A program made the position numbers and the translations under genes. From positions 16,244,001-16,308,000 of the forward strand of contig JAQFVV010000004.1 of NCBI GenBank assembly GCA_028023455.1: a stretch of 64,000 nucleotides of DNA, given 5' to 3'. Positions 1 through 10,050 of the stretch are shown piece after piece. The notes below the pieces were generated by a model. It was not told where the DNA came from and searched no databases. It saw only the letters and a program-made list of their open reading frames with translations. The DNA is from Epiperipatus broadwayi. Lineage: Eukaryota > Animalia > Onychophora. Within the stretch, counting starts at the first letter, position 1; each line of letters opens with the position of its first letter.

Positions 1-471
1 GCAATTGTCTTGACTCTGGAGACCATTTCTTGTAATCTTGAATAATTAATGCATATCAAATGTTAGTGCTATACACATTACCAGATCATTTTCTGACTTT
101 TGTCTTTGTCAGTAAGAAGTTATATTTCAAAGAATTATTTTCAGCCTTGAATTCTTAAGACAAAAGCCAGACACTGATCTAAGAATGTCAGAACTTATTA
201 TTCAAAACATGTTCCAATTTTGAATTCTAAGTCTTCATTGACAAGGCAAGGATCTGTGTGGATGGGATGATCTTAGAAGGGTGTTTATTGAACTAAGAAA
301 GTCTTGAAGTTTAATTGGTAAAATGATATATCTACAGTTGTTTGAGAAGATTTGAAGAAGTTAACAAAACTAGTGATAACAAGCACAGACTTTCAGATAA
401 CCCATCACTCTCCACTCTATCTCATAACACTGATACATTCAAGCACATATATGCTGAAAAGATAAATAATC

Positions 472-515
472 ATCAATATACGTATTTCATGCTAAACCAG
501 CAATCATCAGTTGGT
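472..515 (-). ncRNA. Type I hammerhead ribozyme motif, family A (left arm copy)
   Basis: The reverse complement reads ACCAA-CTGATGA-T-TGCT-GGTTT-AGCA-T-GAAA-TACGTA-TA-TTGAT. Core intact, one mismatch in helix I. Confidence 0.75.
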
Positions 516-806
516 CCAGATTATCATCTCCCACACATATATATTATAAGTGCTCAGATATGTATTAAGATAGACAATCTTCATACTTTAATGGACAGGC
601 TCCAATCTACTACACACTCCAACCGTCCATCCAATTGAAAATCTGATGATGAAATGCTCGAAGGCCACCCTGAGGCCGAGATTCTTGTCACACCCATGTT
701 GACCTAAGGTCAATCTCAACCCCACATGTACAGGACATAATCCATTTAATACATATGCAAGGATGGGCAGACATCTCTACAATGTAATAACTGAAACACA
801 GTTAGC

Positions 807-886
807 CTGTGTTTCAGTTATTACATTGTAGAGATGTCTGCCCATCCTGTGTTTCAGTTATTACATTGTAGAGATGTCTGCCCATC
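807..886. repeat. Perfect 40-bp tandem duplication at the start of the sense arm
   Basis: CTGTGTTTCAGTTATTACATTGTAGAGATGTCTGCCCATC at 807-846 and 847-886. Confidence 0.95.
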
Positions 887-1125
887 CTTGCATATGTATT
901 AAATGGATTATGTCCTGTACATGTGGGTTTCAGATTGACCTTATGTCTACATGGGTGTGACAAGAATCCCAGCCTCAGGGTGGCTCTCGAGCATTTCATC
1001 ATCAGATTTTCAATTGGATGGACCTTTGAAGAGTTGGAGTGTGTAGTAGATTGGAGCCTGTCCATTAAAGTATGAAGATTGTCTATCTTAATACATATCT
1101 GAGCACTTATAGTATATATGTGTGG

Positions 1126-1195
1126 GATATGATAATCTAGACCAACTGATGATTGCTGGTTTAGCATGAAATACGTATATTGGTGATTATTTATC
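1126..1195 (+). ncRNA. Type I hammerhead ribozyme motif, family A
   Basis: Helix I ACCAA(1141-45)/TTGGT(1180-84), core CTGATGA 1146-52, helix II TGCT/AGCA, GAAA 1168-71, helix III palindrome ATACGTAT 1171-78. Predicted cleavage after AUA at 1179. Helix I extends past a 3-nt bulge (TAG) with ATAATC/GATTAT. Position 10.1/11.1 is T.T rather than G-C. Confidence 0.85.
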
Positions 1196-3189
1196 TTTTC
1201 AGCATATATGTGCTTGAGTGTATCAGTATTATTAGATAGAGTGGAGAGCGATGGGTTATCTGAAAGTCTGTGCTCATATACCCTATATATTACATATATA
1301 GACACAGGTATATAATAAGCCTGTGTTTCAGTTATACTTATATGAATATATGTAGGTTTTTATTCATATATATATAACTGAATTACTGTATTGTATATAT
1401 TTTTATGGAAGCAATTATTTAGTTTAACTGTTAATCATTCTTTTGTGAAATAGATTATTTTAAAGAAAATGCATGATAAATTTTCGCATTTTAATTTTTT
1501 TTAATTTAAAAACTTACCAGATTTTTTTTTTTTTTATCAAAATCATTTATTTTTAAAATAAAATAACTTTAATAACAGAATCATTCACTGTTTGCTGTTC
1601 ATAATTCTAATTTTATCTCATCTCTCCAGGGGGAAGGCGCCGTGGAGCATAGTTGTCAATGGTGACAGAATAAGCAAGTTTAAATTTCTACACATATATA
1701 TAAAAAAGAGCATTATGAAAAGGGTATAGTTATAATAATATTATTTTGATGAAAATGCGTTATCATTAAAAAGAAAAACAAATTTCATTACTACAAAATA
1801 TTCTTATTATATATAAATCCGTGTTTATGATTCGCATACCCCCCTCCCCCAATATTAAATTTAACAGCAAATATAAGCAGTTCATTTTTTAATTTATTTT
1901 TTAACATGCTAATGCGGAATCACGTTATATGCTAATTCAGACGTTGTTCATCATTATCACAGTTATTAATAAATGAAATGGTCATTTCAACCTATTAACA
2001 TAAAAAGGCAAAAGAAAAAATAATGTTACAGTAATAATGTATTTGCAATGATAATGCGCAACAATCTGTAACCATAAATACGTCAACACATATTTTGCAC
2101 TTGCTATCATTTAGAAAAAAAAAAACTTTCTGAAATACTTAAACTTAAGCTCTACAATGTATTGCATTTTCTGCCATATCTTCCAAATGAAAACAATCAA
2201 CATTCCACTTTTTTGGAATGTCTTTGAAATAATCCTTACAACATAAATGTGGACTACCTTTCCTATAAAAATCATGCCCAAATTTACCATAAAGCGATTC
2301 TTTTAGAAAGTCTTGTAAGTTTTCATTCATTTCATATATTCAATCCTGAAAAAGTTTGATTTCACATTAATGGACTCTATAGCATATCCGGAAAGTTGAA
2401 GAATCTATTGATTGGGACTTAATACACTAAAATTGTATTTTAAGATTTTACGAGACATTCTTAAACTATTATTTTTTTATTGCATGGATAGGGCATCTAA
2501 GTCTCGTTTTATGAAAAAATAAATATCCTACCTTTTTAATTTGTTAAAAGTGACAGTCGCACATTGGAGTCTGTGCTTGTATCTCAACATCTAAGTCCAC
2601 CCATATATCTATAAAACTACTTAAGATATTTAATTTGGCTTACATTCTCAAATCGCTGACCATCCAACCTAAAAGTTGCCATGGCTGACGAATAAAGAAT
2701 TTGAGGATTTTAAACATTAATTATTAAACCAAAGACTTTATATGTTATATTCAAAACATTCTGTAGGATCATATTTTGAACTAGCATAAATAGAACAATC
2801 ATCAACATACTATAAATTCAAATTAAAAATTCTATGATCAAACTTGTATTATATATGACCTCTTATTCTCTAAAACTGTCTACAAATAATTCCAAAGGCG
2901 ACTGCCGTAAAAATTGTAAACAATGTTGGAACAAATATATAATCATGGTTATTACTAGTTTTCATTTCAAATGCCTTAGAATATCATGGTTTTAATTTCA
3001 AATGCTTCAGATTTTTCACCTATAATAAAATCATTTCCTTTTATTCCATCATGTAGAAGTTATATAATATGAATTAATTTCAGTGGATAATCAACTAATT
3101 TCAAACAATGCCACATACCTATCTGATTTATTTAATCATATATTTTGACTAAATGAATAAATGCTATATATTAATCTTCTTTTTTTATT

Positions 3190-3965
3190 TCTGATACTCA
3201 TCTTGTATTTGCCCTGAAAAAACAACAATATGTCTGTAATGTATTTATATGTTGGACTATTTCCATCATCTAATATGAATATTGAATGTCTTTAAAAATG
3301 TTTTGACATTCAATACTCAGATGATGGAAATAGTCCAACATATAAATACAACTAAACACCATCATCACAAACCTTCAGAAAAATATGTCTGTAATGCTTT
3401 TTGATTCTCTAAAACCACATTGACTCTATGGCAATTTATCATTTGTGATTGGAAGCAATCACAAAATCATTGAAAGAATTTTTACTGTAGTGGATAATAA
3501 TGATATTCCAAAATAATTACTGCATCTTGTTTTTCTCTTTGATTTTAAAAATTGAAACGTAAAAACATCCTTACTATTATGCAGCTATTTTTAAGCATCA
3601 TATTTAAAATTTCTCTGCATATCTCATCAAGACCTGAAATCTTTCCATTTTTAACATTGACAAGAGCTATTTTGATTTCATTGAATTGGGTGTCTTTGTC
3701 CAAATCTAAATGAGTAGATAAAGTGAATATATTATGAAAAGTCATCATCCCAATTCAAATATCATTAGTCAAAAGATACTCAAAATATTCCTTCCATGGG
3801 GCCATAACTAATACATCACCACCATAAACTTCTTTGGATATTTTATCTGGACTTGCAATCTTTTCATTTTCAAAATTATCAAGATCTGATTTGACTTTTG
3901 ATGTCTGTACAAATCTAAATGGGTAAGTAAAATAGATATTTCATTAAAAGTCATTTCAATTTCTA
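3190..3965 (-). mobile_element. Degenerate non-LTR retrotransposon (RTE-like) reverse transcriptase relic
   Basis: Minus-strand translation across stops and shifts gives WKEYFEYLL, EIKIALVNVKNGKISGLDEICREIL and CSNYFGISLLSTTVKILSMIL*LLPITNDKLP*SQCGFRESKSITDIFF. These match the N-terminal LINE RT motifs (WKEYFEELLN; KNGKAPG.D.I; NYRGISLLS; LPESQCGFR is typical of the RTE clade). Confidence 0.85.
3240..3350. repeat. 110-bp hairpin inside the LINE relic
   Basis: TGTATTTATATGTTGGACTATTTCCATCATCT (3240-3271) and its exact reverse complement (3319-3350). Inner TATTGAATGTC/GACATTCAATA pair. Confidence 0.9.
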
Positions 3966-4106
3966 TATTTTAAAATATGTTCAAAATACTCTCCACCAAT
4001 TTAAACTAACATTGTCATCATATAAGAGACTGTCATTGTTGGATTTAATAGGATTATGATGCTGTTTTAAAGTCCACATGTAGCTTTCACTGCATCAAAA
4101 AAATTA

Positions 4107-4187
4107 AGCATCTGCCGGGAGGCGAATCCACAACCATCTGCAACAAACTACTTGCTTGCAAGGCGGCTGCAATGACCTCTCAGCTAA
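4107..4187 (-). mobile_element. tRNA-Gly-derived SINE, long-variable-region subfamily, 5'-truncated
   Basis: The reverse complement aligns to the copies at 9256 and 40511 (GAGAGGTCA..GCCTTGCAAGCAAGTAGTTTGTTGCAGATGGTTGTGGATTCGCCTCCCGG). Confidence 0.8.
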
Positions 4188-6229
4188 AATTATTGTCAGA
4201 AAATCCAATTGGGATTCTTGTTTTTATTAAATAGATTTATTTGTGATATGGTACATTCCTTAAAAGAATTACATCCCTAAGAAATATCACAATCCTGAAA
4301 CTTCAAAGCATTTAATAGCTATTGAAATTTAGTACATATAATAGATTATTTCTAAAAAATCAATATTTTTTGCAAATATGATTGTAATAAGAGGTATTTG
4401 TAATGCAATTATTTTAATCTTGGAATATAATAATTTATGATCCATCCCTTCACTCTGCTTTTGTAAGCATTCACATAATATAAACTGCTCTTATGTTCTG
4501 ACTCCTAATAGTAATGTAATCTATTAAAAATCATTGTTTTGAACATGGATGCACTCAGATTTTTATAGCTACTTTTGTATTTTAAAAAAAGTGATTGCAA
4601 TAATCAATCCATATGTTGTACAATTTATAAACAGTAGACTCTTTGAGTTTACAGTACAAATACCATTATTTCTAACAAGTTTTGATTAATGTTTATTGCC
4701 TTTATTCATACATGCATTAAAGTCTTCAAAAACAAAGATTTGATATTTTATTACTAATTCTGTAATAATTTTATCCAACAAGAAATGAAAGCTTTTTTTC
4801 TCTGAATTCTCTAAAATTTAATCTTGAAGCATATGCAATAATAGAGTAAACATTAGTAACATGTATAAACCAAGTTTTAATACCATTAATCTTTTTTGGT
4901 ATATTGAGAAATTGTAAAAATAGAAGATATTAAATTAGATATTACAGCAAATCCAAGGATTTCCTTTCACTAGTTTATTACCTTCCCAAATTTTTTTAGC
5001 TAACTACCTTTTCTCTTAAACTTCATGATTTTTACTAAAAAGAGCTATGTCAATCTTAAATCTTGGTAATTTTTATTGTGGCATCTTCCATTCTAATCTT
5101 AAAATATTTCCATCAAAAACTTTGCGTATTTTATGTACCAATATTTAGAAAAAAATTAGATTTACAATACTTGTCTTTAAATCCTACCACTCCCTCCTAC
5201 TTTGCCCCTATGATTGATATTATTATTATCAGTTCTATCACTGTAATGACCAATCCACTAAACACAACAACCTGATCAAATTATGTGAGTTAGTTGATCA
5301 CTTCCATAGGAGGTAGGGAGATCCCTAAGTAGGGTTTTTGCACATAAGAGATTCTATCCTCAAATCCAGATTCAACTTGAATGCGTTAGTGTTTATACTC
5401 CCTCAAATAAACTTCACAACTAAGAATTAGACTTAGTAAACTTGTCTGAATCATTACTTTGTTAATTTTTGAGAAAGTTGACTAAAAAATAAATAAAAGT
5501 ATTGGAATCAGAAATTCTGAGTATATAGTTAAAAAATAAAAATGAAGTTATACAAATATGCAATCTTGTCACAATTAAAATAGAGATGATTGATGGCATA
5601 AGAAGTTTATGGTGGCCAGGCCCTACACTAACTTAAGGATTGAAGACAACAAAGAAATACAGAAAAGACAATTTGTATCAGAAAGAGTACTTAGCCATTT
5701 ATGAACCAACATTCAGTTCTAAAACCAAATGAGATATTTTTGATTGGGTATTGTTTATTTTTCTTTACAGTTAACCTCGTGTCTGAAAATCACTATTTGT
5801 CTCCTGTGGATCCCATAAGTGGCTTACAAAGCACCCATTTGATATGTGTGAATATGTGTAATTATATGTGTGTACAGAGAGAGTTGTTATTCTTATTAAC
5901 AACTGTTGTAGCTAATCATACAATGATGTATAGAATATGTATGTATATTAATTATTATTCCAGAAAAATAATAGGGAAAAATCATAAGTAGAATTGTTTA
6001 TAGAAATTAGGAAAGTTCATGCTGTTGTGTATCACAGGAGGTAATTCACAGAAGGTTGAAGAGACAAAACAGAAGATGAACTAAAATCTAGCTTAGTAAG
6101 AAAAGCTTATTTCCAGAGATGACCAGATCTGAATGTCTTAATAGATTATCCCAATTTAATTATTTTTTGTATATATATGTCTTAAGAAATTTTTCCTCCA
6201 TATTTTCAAGTATGATAGCAATAGAACAG

Positions 6230-6850
6230 TACTGTTATAGTGTATGTTCTACATGAATTTAAAATTATATACTGGATGGCACATCAAATCCATAAAAAAG
6301 AAATGCAAATATGATAGTCATAAAATAATACTGTCACAATGTGTATTTACTGAATGGCACATCATAAAAGAACCTACACATATAAGAAGTGCAAATACTG
6401 TTATAGCATGTATTATGTTCAATTTGGACAAACTAACTGCTGGAAAACACATTATAGAAAAAAATCATGAAAAAACATCAATACAAAATAAGTATGATAA
6501 GTGTAAATTATTACAGTTATAATGTATTGCATTTGTACAGTCTACTCACTGAGTGACATCTTAAAGGAGAATCTTTGTAAAAAAAAAATGAAAAAAAAAG
6601 CTATAACAAAACTAAGAATGATAGTCATAGAATGGTCCTGTTTTAAAGGATGTTCTATAATGTGCTTGATGGCACATCATAGAACAACCTATAAAAAGCT
6701 AATTCTTAAAAATAAATGCAAGTATGATATTTATAAAATGATATTATAGTAGCTTTATTCCTGACTTTAGACAATCTACCTGTTGAGTGGCACATCATAA
6801 GAGAATCTATGAAAAACTAATCCATAGGAAATAAGAAAATGCAAAATAAA
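6230..6850. repeat. Degenerate tandem repeat, unit about 118 bp
   Basis: TGGCACATCA recurs at 6277, 6355, 6670 and 6788 (variant at 6553), with AAATGCAA.TA recurring downstream. The last spacings are 117 and 118. Confidence 0.6.
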
Positions 6851-7058
6851 TTTTAAAAAGATACAAATTTTTTTGTCACAAAAAAAGTCAAATAATTTTA
6901 ATAATAAGCAGTTAATCTGGAACATATTTATTATACTGAAACAAAATGAAATATAATTAATTTCAAAAATTAAAAACTGACTTTTTAAAATGTTTTTATT
7001 AATAATATTTAACACTTTTATTTAAGTTTCAATCTTTGTTTATTTGTAAACATTTAAA

Positions 7059-7490
7059 TTAGAATAAAATTTTTAAATTGAGATTTAATATAATTATATA
7101 GGAATTTGTTGAAATTTTGATAAATTTGAAATACATCACTGGGAATGCAATATGACTGTAAAATATTTTAGGTAGCTTATTTAGTTTCTTAAATCCAGAG
7201 TATTGGGTTAATGAAATTTGAATTATTTTGATATCAAATTTAAAATAATTTGTTAAAAAATTAAAACACTTTCCAGAAATGTACACAAGAGGGTGTTATA
7301 TATATAATATGGTGGGTTGTTTTGATTAAATTCTTTTATTGAAGTTAGAATAAAATTGTAAAATTGAGATTTAATATATTCAATCTAATTTGATCAAATT
7401 TGCTACTGTTCTTATAAATTACCGTAATGCAATATGACACTAAAATATTTTAGGTAGCTTACTTTAAATACAAAGCAGTGGGTGAGTGAA
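7059..7490. repeat. Two diverged tandem copies of a unit of about 286 bp, related to 63515-63940
   Basis: TTAGAATAAAAT..AAATTGAGATTTAATAT..AATGCAATATGAC..TAAAATATTTTAGGTAGCTTA at 7059 and 7345. Confidence 0.7.
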
Positions 7491-7654
7491 CAAAACTATA
7501 TTGTAAACAAGATTAATTTAATATTTATGATTTTAGTTTCAATCTTAAAAGTATTTTTGCATCATTTAAAATTGAAATAAAAAGAAATTTTTGAACACAA
7601 TCTTAATACTAAAAGCTAAATAATAGATATAAAAAATATTATTAGAGAATACTT

Positions 7655-7907
7655 TTATTTACTATGGAAACTAAAAACCAACAATAATTGTTTCTTCAAT
7701 CACATTAAGGGTTTATATATTTAACTTTAAATAAAAGTGTGTGGGGGGGGGGTGTCCAGAAATTAATTAAATTAATCCCTATTTTTTATAAGAAGGGATT
7801 GACTTAATTAATTTTTGAATTCCCCACACTTTTACTTCAAGTTAATTATAAAAACTCTGATTATGATTAAATAAATTATTTTCTTGGTTTTTATTTCTCA
7901 TAATAAA
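7655..7907. repeat. Degenerate fold-back (inverted repeat) with a G10 run in one arm
   Basis: AAAAGTGTG(T)GGGG/CCCCACACTTTT and AATCCCT(7774-80)/AGGGATT(7794-7800). The outer arms pair out to about 7655/7907. Confidence 0.7.
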
Positions 7908-8374
7908 TTAATGCATTCATTATGAATATTTTTATATCTATTATTAAAACTTATTTTTAATGCTTTTAAGATAATGAGGCATTTTTACTAGTACTTACTA
8001 TTGGGATAAAAATTAAGAGATATCTCACAAAATTACACTAAAATATCAAAGTATTTATTGCATATGTTGTTGGATTAAAAAATAAGGAAAATGTATATTT
8101 CATAGAATATATGTAGCTGAAATATATTTTTTATCATATATATATAGGTAGCTGTTTCGTGTAATTCATTACTACACAATATAATAATAAAATTATTTTC
8201 AAATAAATTCTACATTCAATAATAAATTTGTACATTTAGTTTTATAGAATTAATTTTATTGTTTTTATTTAATGTAGTTATAATCTGCAGTTATTTTATT
8301 TGATATACTTGCTGCCATAAATGAATTATATTTTCAAACAAAATGTTTATGGTAGATATTTTGATTCTTCTTAG

Positions 8375-8480
8375 CCCCCCCCCCCATGTGTCATAGCATC
8401 AGCCGGGAAGTGAACCCACTAACCCGGGTCAACTTCTTGTAAAGCAGCTGTCGCTGACCTCTCGACCACCAATGCTTGAC
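8375..8480 (-). mobile_element. tRNA-Gly-derived SINE with an 18-bp perfect TSD and a G11 tail
   Basis: Sense GTCAAGCATTGGTGGTCGAGAGGTCAGC...CCCGGCTGATGCTATGACACATG followed by G11. TSD TATTTTGATTCTTCTTAG at 8357-8374 and 8481-8498. Confidence 0.9.
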
Positions 8481-9255
8481 TATTTTGATTCTTCTTAGTT
8501 AAGAAATTAATTAATAAGTACTTATAATCTAAGAGATTCTATTCAGCAGTAAATAGAATTAAAAATTATATCCAAAATGCTATTAAACAAGAAGTAGAAT
8601 CAAAATTCCCTTTAATTCAGTAACTTTCTTAATAATCAGAAGGAAACATTTGTAAATGAAGTAACCAAAGATTATATTAAATAATTAGACTTATTTTTTA
8701 AATAAATTAATTTAAAATTATTTTATATATAAATAATTAATTATAAAAAAATTTGAAATGTTTCTCCTCTTTTTATAAATTTCATTGCATAGCATTGATA
8801 TATATATATGCTTAACACTAAACTTTAATAATTTAAATTAACTGCTAACTTTAAATAAACTATTCAATCAATTTTAACCTACAAACTATGACATCATATG
8901 AAAAAAAATTAACCTGTTGGCTCCTATGTAAGACTAATCTTCAGTTGCTCTGAACAATAATCAGTTCTTCTAATGTAAGGAACAAACCTTATTTTAAAAT
9001 ACCACACTAAAGACTGATTAAATTTTAAACTGGGAAATAATTGATACAAAGTCTTTAAATATTTCAACGTTACCGTAAGTTTTTCCTATATCAAAATAAC
9101 TTTTAAAAATTAGGTTATGTTTATTTAATGCTTTAAAATCGAATCAGTCTTTATGTTGATATATATAACGAAAAAGTTTATGTATTGTGTTGAAAGACTG
9201 GATGTTTCTCAAAGCAGCTGAAAAGTAGTAATTGTTCTATTAAATATGTGGTGGA

Positions 9256-9367
9256 GTCAAGCGTTGTTAACCGAGAGGTCATCGCAACCGCCTTGCAAGC
9301 AAGTAGTTGGTTGCAGACGGTTGTGGGTTCGCGTCCCGGCCGAAGCTATGACATATGAAAAAAAAAA
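9256..9367 (+). mobile_element. tRNA-Gly-derived SINE, long-variable-region subfamily (anticodon position TGC)
   Basis: GTCAAGCGTTG...CCTTGCAAGC...GGGTTCGCGTCCCGGCCGAAGCTATGACATATG followed by A10. Degenerate TSD around GTGGTG. Confidence 0.85.
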
Positions 9368-9979
9368 TAAGTGGTGTATTAGCTGATTGGTTAGTTCTTT
9401 TACAGTATTATTTTACTTTATATGTATTTACTAGCAAATTAATTAGCTGACTTATTTAAATTTGTTAATGTTAGTTAATTTATATGTACTAAACTAAATG
9501 TGTAGTATACTTATTTGAAATAATTATGCATTTTTTGTTCAGACATATGATCAATGATTTAGAATTAATGCTCTTTCATTAAACTTTGCAAAAGTTTGTT
9601 AATGCAAAATTGTATTTCACTCATAATCACGATAAATCTTTTAATCACTTTTTTTAAAATACATTATGGACTATAAAATATCCATTATCTTTATGATGCC
9701 AATCTTAAACAAATTTTGTGTGTATACACACACACACATATATAGCAATTTAATTTACAACTATCAAACTTTTTGCAGTTAAAACTTTAATAACATCTGT
9801 TTCACATAAATACATGATTAATTATTAATAATCATTTATTAGGCTAGAGATTATCATATCAGCCTGGCCCAAATATAAATTTTAAAAGCAATTTAAGATT
9901 AATACATTCGCTTGTTTTAAATACTTTGATATTGATGAAATACTGAACAAATTATGAAGATATGTGTAAGAGTTTGTGA

Positions 9980-10050
9980 AGTGAGTCAACTAAAGAGTGC
10001 TGGTTCAGTATGAAATGCATTTTGTGTGTCATTTATCATTTTCAGATGTG
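9980..10050 (+). mobile_element. Highly degenerate family A hammerhead fragment
   Basis: GTCAA-CTAAAGA-G-TGCT-GGTTC-AGTA-T-GAAA-TGCAT-TTTG followed by TCATTTATCATTTTCA, collinear with family A. The core is mutated. Confidence 0.55.

Larger units (their letters stand above)
382..1337. mobile_element. Family A hammerhead retroelement: antisense arm (382-801) fused head-to-head to one full 474-nt sense monomer plus terminal redundancy (804-1337)
   Basis: 382-801 is the reverse complement of 807-1274 (loop TTAGC 802-806). The sense arm begins and ends with AGCCTGTGTTTCAGTTAT (804 and 1318). The distance of 514 minus a 40-bp internal duplication gives a 474-nt monomer. There is one hammerhead per arm. 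No clear TSD. Confidence 0.85.

Noticed and set aside
640-700. Second CTGATGA in family A (TCTGATGATGAAATGCTCG...GGCC-ACCCTGA-GGCC)
   Set aside because: No helix II directly after the core, no GAAA in register and no helix I partner.
342-1305. ORFs 342..638 and 814..1305 as ordinary host genes
   Set aside because: They are the two arms of one inverted repeat, on the antisense strand of a repeat family. They are treated only as the endless-ORF finding.
1629-1690. GC-rich patch resembling the U1 snRNA 3' end, a tRNA start or an exon
   Set aside because: Only a short partial resemblance, with no Sm site or other stems and no convincing donor site.
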